Shown here one piece after another: positions 41,895 to 55,114 of a DNA stretch of 64,000 nucleotides. The translations under genes were made by a program, and so were the position numbers. Under the pieces are notes generated by a model, which was not told where the DNA came from, ran no database searches, and was given only the letters and a program-made list of their open reading frames with translations. The stretch is from assembly GCA_964016885.1 (NCBI GenBank), contig OZ024740.1, positions 111,786,001 to 111,850,000 of the forward strand. The letters are read 5' to 3'. Position 1 is the stretch's first letter. Each line of letters starts with the position of its first letter. The stretch comes from Eledone cirrhosa. Taxonomy: Eukaryota.

Positions 41895-43590
41895 TATACG
41901 GAAAAAATGAAACGAAATTTCATTTCTCAGTCTTAGTACGGCTGTTACTTAAATATAAGTATGTCACGTACATACATATATGTATACAGACGTACAGTAG
42001 TATGTATATATATATATATACATACATGCAAAGATATATATATGTACGTATGGATACACCGAACATTTATTATAATGCTCGGTGTGTTTGTAAACAAGCA
42101 TCCCGAATTAAACCGTACAGTATCTAGCAACCTTCGTTGCTCATTTGTTCAACACTGACAAAGGAACGCTGTACAAGTTTCAAGCTTATTAGCTATCGTC
42201 AGCAACGTATATCTTCCTGCCAGATGGTTGAACGTCTGAAAGTATAAACTTTCCTTATGCACATTAACGGCTGAGCAGCCTAATTTGCATATCGAGTGAG
42301 TTAATCGGCCGGAGAACCGAAAACGATAAACAAATTAAAGTTTAAGCAAAGAAACACTGCATTCACCCTTAACGGGATCTCAAAGTTTCAGAAGATCCCG
42401 TTAAGGGTGAAAGCAGCGATTCTTTGCTTAAACTTTAATCTGTTATTTTGATAAATAAATATATATATAAACGGAAAAAATGAAACGAAATTACATTTCC
42501 CACTCTTAGTACGGCTGTTACTTAAATATAAGTATGTATACGTACATACATATATGTATACAGACGTACAGTAGTATGTATATATATACATACATGCACA
42601 CATATATATATATATGTACGTATGGATTCACCGAACATTTATTATAATGCTCGGTGTGTTTGTAAACAAACATCCCGAATTAAGTCGTACAATGTTTAGC
42701 AACCATCGTTGCTCTTTTGTTCAACACTGACAAAGGAACGATGTACTAGTTTCAAGCTTATTAGCTATCGTCAACACCGTATACCTTCCTGCCAGATGAT
42801 TGAACGTCTGAAAGTATATACTTTCCTTATGCATATTAACGGCTGAGCAGCCTAATTTGCATATTGAGGGAGTTAATCGGCCGGGCGCACAGGAAGGTAT
42901 ACGGTGCTGACGATAGCTAATAAGCTTGAAACTAGTACATCGTTCCTTTGTCAGTGTTGAACAAAAAGGCAACGATGGTTGCTAAACACTGTACGGCTTA
43001 ATTCGGGATGTTTGTTTACAAACACACCGAGCATTATAATAAATGTTCGGTAAATCCATACGTAGATATATATGTGTGTGCATGTATGTATATATATATA
43101 CATACTACTGTACGTCTGTATACATATATGTATGTACGTATACATACTTATAATTAAGTAACAGCCGTACTAAGAGTGAGAAATGAAATTTCGTTTCATT
43201 TTTTCCGTTTATCGTTTTCGGTACCACGGCCGATTAACTCACTCGATATGCAAATTAGGCTGCTCAGCCGTTAATATGCATAAGGAAAGTATATACTTTC
43301 AGACGTTCAATCATCTGGCAGGAAGGTATACGGTGCTGACGATAGCTAATAAGCTTGAAACTAGTACATCGTTCCTTTGACAGTGTTGAACAAAAGGGCA
43401 ACGATGGTTGCTAAACATTGTACGACATAATTCGGGATGTTTGTTTACAAACACACCGAGCATTATAATAAATGTTCGGTAAATCCATACGTACATATAT
43501 ATATATATATGTGCATGTATGTATATATATATACATACTACTGTACGTCTGTATACATATATGTATGCACGTATACATACTTATATTTAA
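41895..43590. mobile_element. Cluster of family E 429-bp HHR units in inverted and tandem arrangement
   Basis: Minus units about 41895-42331 and 42465-42885; plus units about 42888-43211 and 43212-43590. HHRs at 42167-42207(-), 42739-42779(-), 42902-42942(+) and 43331-43371(+). Confidence 0.88.
42382..42436 (+). ncRNA. Hammerhead motif (family F) in a small fold-back, core CAGAAGA
   Basis: aaagttt-CAGAAGA-tccc(gttaa)gggt-GAAA-gca...tgct-t-aaacttt. Inverted arm at 42328-42380; another piece at 44394-44452. Confidence 0.6.
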
Positions 43591-43623
<33 letters not shown>

Positions 43624-43854
43624 TTAGAAACACACAGATACATGCGGACACACACATATACATGAATGCATCCACACCCAACCGTGAGTTAATGGTGCCA
43701 ACCTTACCGATGTTGCTCAATGAATGACTGGGACAGACCAATCCGGTTGAACCAGACTGAACCAGTATCAGAGTTAAAAATACATTATGAAGAGAGAAGG
43801 AACATTCAGATATAATTAGTAATAAAATGTATCATACCTAAACTGCTCCTAGAT

Positions 43855-43944
43855 TCCTCGACTACGTAGTTTCGTGGCATAAACAAAAACAATACATCAT
43901 AAAGATATAGAGTCCCTGCGAGGTCTGCCGACTTATCAAGAGGA
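43855..43944 (-). ncRNA. Type I hammerhead ribozyme with U3-A8 core
   Basis: tcctc-TTGATAA-gtcggca...tgccac-GAAA-ctacgtagt-c-gagga. Stem I 5 bp, palindromic stem III, GUC site. Confidence 0.8.
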
Positions 43945-44030
43945 TACCTCATTTTACTAGTCTCAAGAACGCGTCTACATATATATATTTATTTATATAT
44001 ATATTTATATATTTTATATATATATATTTA

Positions 44031-44093
<63 letters not shown>

Positions 44094-44365
44094 TAAAGTA
44101 CCCGAGTCAGGAACTCGCCTTAGTCCCTGTAATTCCTGAGCTCAAGAGAAAAATAATCCCGGGCTCTCCACAAGACTCAGACATCATGTGAAAACGACTT
44201 TGTGCTAGATTTGCTTGAGAAATGTTAATTTATCTTCGTCCTTACCTCTCTCTCTCGCAGTGTTGATATGCTGGTCAAACGTAGAACAATACTTATCTAC
44301 AGCTACCTACCTTTGTTGCATATAATCAATATTCGGACAATTAAGACATCCATCTACCACCACCC

Positions 44366-44398
<33 letters not shown>

Positions 44399-44518
44399 TA
44401 ACAGATTAAAGTTTAAGCAAAGAATCGCTGCTTTCACCCTTAACGGTTCTTATATATCTGATATATATTTCTCCTTATCGAGCCCTCTTTGGATTTTAGT
44501 CTTCAAATTTATTATTAT

Positions 44519-44589
<71 letters not shown>

Positions 44590-44593
<4 letters not shown>

Positions 44594-44781
44594 AACAAGT
44601 ATGACCCTGATGGCAGAGCTCAAGCCGTTTCGATGGCTATTTCAGTCCAGAAATAGCCGTCGAAACGGCTTGAGCTCTGCCGTCGGGGTCATACTTGTTC
44701 CTATTACCCACTCTACTACCCTAAGTATTGAGTACTTTGGTGCGTTATGGTCCATCTGGTTCCCTACCACAATTCATTCGT

Positions 44782-44784
<3 letters not shown>
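44590..44784. mobile_element. Family A pLTR fold-back
   Basis: Short inverted arm starts taggaacaag; long arm ends ttcgtta-(TA)n. Confidence 0.8.
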
Positions 44785-44814
<30 letters not shown>

Positions 44815-44921
44815 CTTAAAATGGAGTGAGAATAAGAAGAAAGCAAGAACGAGCGGTTTCTTCTTATTCTCATTCCATTTTAATCTACCTCAACTAACAA
44901 CTACACAGCCAATCCTATTCT

Positions 44922-44997
<76 letters not shown>

Positions 44998-45052
44998 GTG
45001 GGGGTGAGGGAGAGAGAGAAGGAGAGAGAGAGTAAGTTGAATCGTAATGAGT

Positions 45053-45345
45053 GTTGCATGCAGTATATGTACACAATTTATTGGCATATTAGAATTGTTT
45101 CGACATCGATCCGTTCAGAGTTCAATATTAATGACCAAGACCACCTCTTCTTCGACATTGCATAAGATATGCGAGTTTGTATGTGGAAAGACACATCTAA
45201 ACTTAGTTGTATCGCCCATGTAGACTCGCATATCTGACGACATGTCGAAGAAGTGTTGAGTTCTGGTCATTATGATTGAACTCCGAGCTGATCGATATCA
45301 AAACAATTGAAATATGCCAATAAAGTTTGTACATATGCTGCAACA
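45053..45345. mobile_element. Diverged fold-back (family G) containing a decayed HHR at 45228-45317 (+)
   Basis: gcatat-CTGACGA-catgtcga...tcgatatc-aAAA-caattg-aa-atatgc. The left arm retains gtcGAAAc. Confidence 0.6.
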
Positions 45346-45583
45346 CTGACCTCTAAACAACTTTATTTACGCTCTGCAAAATACTGCCGCCTTAACTCTG
45401 AAATACAACCTAACACACGAGACGCACCTCGTAAGAGCATTGAGTGCTTCGAACGGCGTGTCGCCTGTTACTGTAGTTACACACCTAACCAACATATATA
45501 TATATATGTGTGTGTGTCTGTGTAGATTCCCGATTTGTGTCGAGGGAGGGGGTAACCACAGTTAATATATATATATATATATA

Positions 45584-45938
45584 TACGTGGGAAAGTAAAA
45601 AATCGGAGAATATACCGTTAAAACATGTTTATTTAAAACAGCACCTACGTACGTTTCGCCCAGTTGGGCTTCTCAAGGGCATAAATAATCACAAGTGTTC
45701 CTTATATTGCTCGGAAAGAGTTTTTGGGGTTAACCCAAACATGTTTTAACGGTCTATTCTCCGATTTTTTACTTTCCCACGTGCTTACGCCCTGCTAACT
45801 CTCTAGCCCACTAAATATTAACACTTCGAATATTTAATACTGCCGGCACTAGTATCGAGCACCTTTGGCATACGCTACTTGGCAAATAACTATATGTATC
45901 ACCTATCCCCCCTTTTTTTCTCTTTCTCGATACGTAAA

Positions 45939-45942
<4 letters not shown>
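45584..45942. mobile_element. Fold-back (family H) in (TA)n
   Basis: 45585-45630 is the reverse complement of about 45737-45782; the right arm continues to (TA)n. Confidence 0.7.
45641..45680 (-). ncRNA. Minimal hammerhead ribozyme with U3-A8 core
   Basis: gccc-TTGAGAA-gccc(aact)gggc-GAAA-cgtacgt-a-ggtgc. Confidence 0.75.
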
Positions 45943-46019
<77 letters not shown>

Positions 46020-47734
46020 CTGCTAAAGCAAACTGCTCGTGGTTTTACTATTTACGGATATCTATTCTTTATAGTGTTTAATCTCAATAAGTAGGAACAC
46101 TTCAAGAAAAATAATGCATCATATTTTTACTATAAAGATTCTCTGAAAGTATACTGAAGCCTTGAAGTTGAACCATCAGAAACCATCAGATGAAAATGGA
46201 AGAAATACAGCCGACGGCTATGGAGGTCCAGATATTGGCCAAATGTTGCTGAAACCACCGATGACATCTTTACCTTCTTCTCGCTGCAGGCTAAGAAAAA
46301 GAATGGAAGAAAGTTGTTCGAATATGGCTTCTTGTTATATTTCTTCAGTTTAAACGAGATAAACAGAGAAACAACCAGCGATTAAAGGCGGTCATCAAAC
46401 AAATCACACACACACAAATCACGCACGCACACACTCTCATACACAGAAAATCCTGCACGTGTTCATACACAAACACACAAATTGGACGCACATAAACACA
46501 CGTTTACAAAATCGCATACACATACACACAGCACTCAAATAGAAACTACTCTCAGACACATACATGCATATGACAACACACACATACCCAAATTACGCAA
46601 ATAAATATAAACTACTCTTACTTTGTTCGGCACTTTATGAAGGGGACGTAACTAAAAAGCACACGTCATTTTGTTAGCACGTTATCAAGGGGAGGTAATT
46701 AAATAGGCATGTTATTTTGTCCGTCACTTTACCATATCTGCCATCATCTACTAGTGTTAGTGTTGATATTACGATCGTACAAATCATGTCTATAAAAAAG
46801 AATTTGTTCGAAAAAATATTTTATATAATATTGAATATTGATTTTTGCCAATTTTATCAATCGAAGAGAGTATGAAAAAAAGTACAATGAAACACATCCT
46901 GAAGAAAATTTTAATGATGGTGTTTTTATTGTGAAAACGTTTGAAGTTAACCGTAGAAATTGGTAGTTAGTTAATTAGATGGGAAGGGCTGCAGTAATTA
47001 TATAGTAATTTAGTTGAGAAAAATCAATTAAGATTTGATATAATATTATGGTGACGATGCCGACAACAAAAACAACGACAGCAATAACAATAGCAACAAC
47101 ATTATCAAAACTAACAACAGCAACTACTGTCAGCCCTAAAATACTGGTGGGGCCGTAGGGCATTCACACCTGGAGAAGACCATCACTCTTTAAGTCTGAA
47201 CACACAATTACTTCCAAGCAAAGAGAGAGTGAGCGAGAATATGTAGAAATGATATAGAGAAAGAATCGAACTCAGTGTTGATACTTTATTTAGCGACATC
47301 GAAAGATGAAAGTCGGGATTTGAAAAGTACATAAACTGACTATGAAGGAGTGATGCTTGAGCTGGGGGAATCTGGCATGTATTAATTTCAATTCTTCTTA
47401 TTAATAACTGCATTGTTTCTTTCTAGGGACTATGTTGAAAAATAAACCTCATTTGGTCATTTCATGAGAATATCTCGGTCAGCCTATGAACTATGTGTAG
47501 AGTGCGAAAATGGATATGGCAAATTATTCTATCCGACCATCTGGCAGTTCTAATAGTTCACCGACGTGGTAATATAATAGAAAACACGTTTATAGTTTTA
47601 AAACCAAAATGGTGAACTCTTTTTATAAAACGGAAGGCTCAAACGGGAAAGGAAAAGTTAGTTTTACCCTTTGATTATCATATTTCTAATGAAAAACATA
47701 CCTTAAAATAACCAAGGATTTGCTAGGATTTATT

Positions 47735-47950
47735 ATTTAGCTGATATTATCGGTAGAACGTCGGACAACACGCTTTGTGATTTATAGCTGCTGCCCTATA
47801 CGCTCTGGGGTCAAATCCTGCTGAGGTTAGCTTTGACTTTCATCATTACGAGGTCGATACTAAATAGTAAAATTAACACAAAGGGGTCGATATAATCGAT
47901 TTTTTCTTTCGACAAAAAATTGTTTGCTCTATGCTTAAATTAAAATCTAT
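47735..47950 (+). mobile_element. Diverged tRNA-SINE copy
   Basis: gggtcaaatcctgctgaggttagctttgacttttcatc..ggtcgat matches the 27235 SINE. Confidence 0.65.
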
Positions 47951-48057
47951 TACTACGATGTTGTTTGGAACTTAATTTAACGAAAGTTGTTACATTGAAT
48001 TATGTTTTTTTTAAATAATTATAAACACTGTAAAATAAAGTTTTATAGAGTACAACT

Positions 48058-48533
48058 ATTCAATTCAATTCAATTCAATTCAATTCAATATATTTGGCAG
48101 AAATTAAAACATAGATGCTTCAGATGCCATGTGAGGAGGGGAGGGGGCAACATTTACACAGTCCGAAACACAGTGGTCCCACACCGGTCCAATTTCGCCT
48201 TGAATTGTTGCGTGGTTGACGCGTTGACTACTTCTTCTGGAAGCCGATTCCAGGGTCCAGAGATGCGGATCGAGAAGGCAGATTTCCGTCTATTTAGGCG
48301 AAAGCGGCGGTGAAACAGCTTTTTGTCATGTCCACGTAGACCCCGTTCAATTGCCGCAGTGAATAGGAGATCTTGAGGGAGATCGTAATGGCCATTGAAG
48401 AGATTGTAAGCCAAAATGAGATCGCCTCGTAGCCGTCGACGCTCCAAGGAGAAGAGGTTCAGCTTCTGCAGCCGGCTTTCGTAGGGCAGCTCATGGAGAC
48501 CCTGAACCATTCGAGTCGCTAGTCGTTGAACTA
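48058..48533 (-). mobile_element. CR1-clade LINE 3' fragment with (ATTGA)n tail
   Basis: VQRLATRMV..YESRLQKLNLFSLERRRLRGDLI..RGHDKKL..FSIRISGPWNRLPEEVVNA..FKAKLD; pentamer tail at 48058-48088. Confidence 0.9.
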
Positions 48534-48811
48534 GAAACTGTTTCAACTGGTTTAGTGTCAAAAAGATTAATTCTATGTTTGAAAGTTTCTCGTTAATCGT
48601 GAGAAAGGCATAAACAGCGAAAATTCACACTTTAATTCTTCTCACTTCTTTTTTCCTCACTCTCTTTGTATCTCGCTCACACTCACATACACACTCACAT
48701 TCTCTGTCGTTCTCTCTCGCAAAATGTAACATTTTGTATGTAGGCAAAATTTACAACTTCGAAATGACTGATCACAGCTTCAACAATATGGGCATGTGGT
48801 TAGAATGTCTT

Positions 48812-49040
48812 AGGAAAGAATCGCTGGACAGCTTTTACCGGCAATACCAATCGTCAGTAGACCCAAGGTAGAACCCGAGCAATATGGTTGGATAATATCC
48901 ATGAGCTTAGCTGGTCTCGCTTGGGGATCCAGCCGGATCAGTTGGAGATGGTTGCTTCTGATAGGACCCACTGGAGAGAGTGTTTGTGGACTCTTCCCCC
49001 ATGACCCCCTTAGGAATAAGTGGGCGAAGAAGAGAAGACA
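48812..49040 (+). mobile_element. RTE-like LINE 3' fragment
   Basis: Frameshifted RP.GRTRAIWLDNIHEL..VASDRTHWREC; ends in a gaagaagagaaga tail. Confidence 0.6.
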
Positions 49041-49054
49041 AAATTTACCGATAT

Positions 49055-49275
49055 TATTTGTTTCCAGTTTAGGCACAAGGCCCGCAGTATTTAGTAGGAG
49101 GATAAGTCGATTACAACAACCACAGTCCTTGGCTGATTCTTTATTTTATTGACCCCCCAGAAACGATTAAATAATAAATTAATATCGATGGGATTTCAAC
49201 TCAGAACATATAAAACCAGAATAAATATCACAAATATAATATGACCTGATGCACCAGCGATTCTGAAAATCCACT
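49055..49275 (-). mobile_element. Diverged tRNA-SINE copy
   Basis: tttaggcacaaggcc 3' end and gggatttcaactcagaac B-box complement. Confidence 0.6.
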
Positions 49276-49600
49276 ACCCAGCTATTTTTTATTATGACTG
49301 AAACGAAAATTGAAGACCAATTTCGATTCTTAGTAGTAAATAAAGCATATTGCTTACTTCTACAAGGCCTTAGAGAAGGGCATGAATGTTACACAATGTA
49401 GTTTTTTATTTACTTGTAAATATGTAACTGTGGGTCTAATCACTTTATACATACATTCATAAATATACACACACACACACATATGTGCGTATATATATAT
49501 GTGTGTGTGCATATATATATATCCATACACATATATATATACATGGACATATATATGTGTATATGTATATATATACATATTTATATATATGAACATACAT

Positions 49601-49636
<36 letters not shown>

Positions 49637-50221
49637 GCTTTATATATATATATATATATATGCGTGTGTGTGTATATATATATATATATAATGTGTGTGT
49701 GCGCGTGTCTTTTTCACTCTCGCAGATACTCTGTCTCTCTTTGCTTTCTCACTCTTCCCCTCACTCTTAATGCTCCCTTGACAATTGTCTTTAGACAGTT
49801 ATCGATCACCCAATATATATACATATATACATTCCTCATCCAATACAGTTCTTCACCTCCTCCTTCTTCTCTCAAGTCACCGCTCCTCTTTTTCTGTCCA
49901 AAGTTATTCATGATCCCTACATAAGGATCTGTACTGTTTCAAAACCAATTGCAAACCCCCTCCTGCCTCTCTTCTAACCTTCTTCTTCACTTCTTTTATT
50001 ATTATTATTATTTTCTTCATCTTCCTTGTCTCTTATTTCCTACTACTTCTTCCTTTCCTTATATCTTCTCCACATTCGATCATACATTCCTTCATTTTAT
50101 CTTCTTTTATTTTTTAATTCTTTCTTTTTTGTATTTATTTTTATTTCTATTTTACTTGCTTTTGTCTGTTTTTGTTGTTGTTTCTTGTCGTTTTTTATTT
50201 TTATTTTTTCGTTACGGCTGT

Positions 50222-50241
50222 TCATCATCATCATCATCATG

Positions 50242-50275
<34 letters not shown>

Positions 50276-50282
50276 ACATCAC

Positions 50283-50318
<36 letters not shown>

Positions 50319-50712
50319 TTTCTTGATTTTCTCATTCACTTCCGTCATATTCATCATCATCATCATCATCATCACCATCATATTCATCTCACACATCATA
50401 TTCATCATCATCATCATCACCATCATCATCATCTGTATCATTACCATCAACATGCTAATCATCAGCATCATTATCATTATCATTGCCATCACCATCACTG
50501 CTGCGGTCATCACCATCCTAAATCATCATCATCAACATTATCATTTACCACTTCATCTCTGTAATCACCAGCTCACCCATCATCATCATTAGCATTATCA
50601 TAACAATCATTATTACCATCGGGGCCGCCATTATCACCATCATCAGCAGCAACATCATTACCATTACCATCATTATCATCTTCCTCTCCATCATCATCAT
50701 CATCATTATTAT
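50222..50712. repeat. Degenerate (CAT)n trinucleotide tract
   Basis: Directly visible. Confidence 0.9.
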
Positions 50713-51509
50713 TGTAGTTGATGTTCTATAATGTTGTTATAATTATTTTTTGTTTTCGTTTATTTTAATTTTTTATTTTTGTATTGTTCGCTGTTGTTTT
50801 ATTGTTTTTGTTTTTCTTTGTTCGTTATATTTTGTTGGGGTTTCGCTATGTTTGTGGTGTGTGTGTATGGGGGGGGGGGTCGTTGTGGTCCTGGTCGGTG
50901 GGTAGGAAGGGACGGATGAGTTCCCTTATTTTAAGAGAGGACAAATTCCTAAGTGATGAAGGAAAGGTCTAGTCATTGAAACATGGGTTCAATTCATACA
51001 TTCACCCTACACCTCCGTATAAACACACACAATAATACACACACACATATTCACACATACCCACATAGATTTGTGCATTTGTAATCAATGAATGCATAAC
51101 TATATGGTAAGTGTAATTATGTGGACAAAGAGAACATGCACACATACATTTGTGTGTATATATTTATAAATATACGTACATATGCACATACATATGCACA
51201 TAATACATACACACATGCATACATACATACATGATAGCTGCCCCCTCGTTATCGAGTATGGCCATTGCACGAAAAAAAAATAATAATAATAAATAAATAA
51301 AAAATTAAAAAATTCAAAAGAAAGAAATATATATATATATATATACACACATACATATATATATATACACATATATATATATACACACATATACATTAAT
51401 AACAATAATAATAATAATAATAACAACAATAATAATAACGACAACAACAACAATAATATACATATACATATATATATACACACACACGCACACACATAAA
51501 CATATCTAC

Positions 51510-54500
51510 ACACACACACACACACACAACAGCAACTAACAGCGCTGCGATCGAATGTGGCTTTTTAGCCCAGCCAGTGATCTAAAATGTCTTGCACAGA
51601 GTCGGCAACCTAAACATTCACTGGGAATAACCGGCTGTGGTTGGAGTTCATGTACTTTTGCATGTCGCTTGAGCCCTCCTACTGATTTACATTCACTACC
51701 ACATGCTTGGCAAGCATGATGAGTAGCATCTCCAACAGCAGCCTGGTAGTCAACCACTGGTCTTACTTTATGACTGCGAAGATGACTTTCGAGTCCAGCT
51801 TTGCTTAGGCAGAGTCTCGCACAGACGCTGCATGTCAGCACCATAGGAGGACCCACGCCATCTGGAAGTGCAACAGCAATGCCCTTCCTCACACCCCGCT
51901 TTACTTTCTCGTATGCGATTCGAGATGCCTCAAAGGCAACTTTTCCCTCATATACAGTCTTTCTCCATTTATTACGATCAGCAGCAATATTTTCCCATGT
52001 ATCAGCAGAGATGTTAGCGTCTTTCAAAGAGGCTTTCAAGGAATCCTTATACCTCTTTTTTGGTTTATGTGGTGGTCGTTTTCCTTTAACCAACTCTCCA
52101 TAAAAGAGTTGTTTTGGTATTCTAGAATCCTTCATCCTGGCAAGGTAACCACTCCAACGGAGTCGTTGCTTAAGCACAAGAGCTTCTATACTGTCACACA
52201 TAGAGATTTCCAAAATCTCGACATCACTGATGTGGTCCCTCCAGTGAACACCATGGATCCGTCTGAGACACATCTGATGGAAACGCTCCAATTGCTTAAG
52301 GTGGTGTCGATATGTGACCCTGGTCTCGCAGGCATAAAGAAGAGAAGAGAGCACACATGCCTTGTACACCTTTACCTTTGTCCTCCTGCATATCTCTCGC
52401 CGACCCCAGAGTCGCCTTTCTAGCTTTCCGAAAGCATCACTTGCTTCCTAATCCTAAGTGAGATTTCACTGTCAAGGTTGCTGTATCGATTGACAGTGCT
52501 TCCCAGGTAAACAAACTGATCAACCACTCCAAGTCGTTTACCATACACATAGATATTTTGTTCAGTGTACTGCTTACCAGGGGCAGGTTGGTACATGACG
52601 ATGGTTTTCTTGAGACTGACAGTCAATCCTAGGGCAGTGCAAGCGTCAGAAAATGGATTCAAAATGTGCTGCATATCACTCTCTGTGTGCGCTACAAGAT
52701 CGCAATCATCTGCATACAAGAGGTCTCTTATGATTGATGTAAATACTTTTGTCTTTGCAGCAAAGCGCCTGATGTTAAATATGCTGCCTGAGGTTCGATA
52801 TCGGATGTAAACACCATGCTCGCAATTCCTGAATGCAATACAGAAAACCATTGCAAAGTATATGGCAAACAGGGTCGGTGCTGGAATATCCCCTTGTTTC
52901 ACTCCATTTTTTACTGAGCTAGGCTCCGACATGTTACCTCCGACATTAACCCAAGCCTTCATGTCGTCGTGGAAAGACCTAACTAAAGCAAGGAACTTAT
53001 CAGGGCAACCAAGTTTCTGGATCTCTGTTAATAGTATCGAAAGCTTTTGTCAGATCGACAAAAACCTGATACAGATCCAAACCTTGTTCCATGCACTTCT
53101 CCTGGAGCTGTCTAGCTGAGAAGATCATATCAGTAGTGCCGCGTCCAGCACGAAAACCAGATTGACTTTCAGGAAGAACACAATCTGCAATGTGTATCAG
53201 CAGACGGTCCAGAAGCACCCTACATAAAACTTTCCCTACAGCAGAAAGCAATGATATACCTCTGTAGTTCCCACAATCATTCCGGTTACCCTTTCCCTTG
53301 TACAAGACCACCATTACTGCATCTCTCCAGTCCTCAGGTACGGATTCATAAGCCAATATCCTGCCAAACAAAGAGTGAAGATGTTGCAGGAGTCTCTCAC
53401 CACCATATTGTAGGAGCTCAGCATGTATGCCATCCATACCTGGAGACCTTCCACTGTTCAGATTCGAGATAGCCACTGCAACATCCACAAGCGTCGGGGG
53501 TTCTGCGAGAGTTACTTTCACAGGACTTTCTGGAATGAGATTGAGGAAATCTTCACTGACGACAGACGGCTGATTCAAAAGATCATCAAAATGCTTTCGC
53601 CACCTCGTAGAATTCCTTGTGAGTCACGAAGAAGTTCTTTGCCATCCTTGCTGCGAAGCGGTGTCACCAGAGAAGAAGACGGTCCATAAACCTCGCGCAA
53701 GAGACTGTACAACAGCTTTGTGTTATTGGAATCTGACGCAGTTTGTATCTCACCAGCCTTCTCACTCCACCACTGATCCTTCATCTGAGAAAGACTCCGC
53801 CTAACACGTGATTTTACACCCTTGAGTTCCTCATGCAACGTATTCCTCTCCTGTGATTTTGCCGTCAAGTAGCGTGACAGAGCACGCCTCTTATCAGCCA
53901 ACAAGTCTTCTATATGTACATCATTCTCATTAAACCAGTCCTGATGTTTTCTCTGCACCAATCCCAGAACACGCCTGCCTACATCATAAACCGACTTTTT
54001 AAGGGTCGGCCAATCCTCACCAAGATCTGCAGCCTGCATCTCTTCTTCCAATGTCCTCTTCACATGTTTATCCTTAAGACGAGCAGCATTCAATCTTTTG
54101 GGCAGGGCAACACCAGGAGCCCGGATTTTACGTTTAGTGATTAGTTTCACTTTTGCACGTACCAGGCGGTGGTCCGTCCAGCACTCAGCTCCACGAAGAG
54201 CACGAACACACTGCACATCCTGTCTGTCGCGCATCCAGACTAGGACGTAGTCCAAAAGATGCCATTCCTTAGATGCAGGATGCATCCATGTGGTCTTGAA
54301 TTTGTTCTTTTGTTGGAACATGGTGTTGGTAACACACAGATCCAGCTCCTCACACATCTGCAGCAGGAGAATACCATTGTTGTTACACTTTCCCACCCCA
54401 TGCCTTCCGATTACATTCCATGTGTTAAAATCCCTACCCACTCTAGCATTAAAGACACCAAGCACGATGACTTTGTCTGCCTGAGGGATATTTCTTAAAA

Positions 54501-55070
54501 CACCTTTCAATGCATGGTAAAAGGATACCTTTTCCCCATCGACAGAACTCATAGTTGGAGCATACACACTCACCAGGGTAGCATATCTTCCTTTGTCCAG
54601 CGAAATTATCATGGACATAAGACGCTCACTAGTCCCTACTGGGAATTCTAATTTATTCTCAAGAACAGTCTTAACAGCAAATCCTACCCCAGCCTCTCTT
54701 CTGGTTCCTTCATCTCTTCCTTTTTTCCAGAAGAATGTATATTCTCCCCAAAATTCTGTAAGATGACCATCTCCAGCTAACCTCGTCTCAGATAAAGCCA
54801 CGATGTCAAGATCGTAACGTCGAAGCTCCTTTGCAACAAGAGCGGTCCTTCGTTCAGGACGCTCCAAGGAATCCTTGTCAAGCAGCGTCCATACGTTCCA
54901 GCAGCCAAGACTAAATGCCTTGTTTGGCTCTACTACAATGGCACGATGACGAGCGGGCCCAGGCTGTGATAACCTGGGGCCCCTGCCCTTATTGCCAATT
55001 ATCTTTTTTGTTCCAGAATCTAAATTGCCAATTATCGCTTTTATATTGTTCTGGAACATCATTGAATTAG
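51510..55070 (-). mobile_element. Near full-length RTE-clade LINE (APE endonuclease + RT + C-terminal C2H2 fingers), several frameshifts
   Basis: GCWNV, LSETR, VYAPT, LLDYVL, TDHRLV; YRGISLL, QSGFRAGR, FVDLTKAFD, GVKQG, LLYADD, FVYLGS; LRWSGYLARM, G.RP..KPKKRYKD. Very short 3' UTR into (TG)n. Confidence 0.95.
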
Positions 55071-55114
55071 GAAAAAAAAAAAAAAATAAATAAAAGTAAT
55101 AATAATAGTAACAA

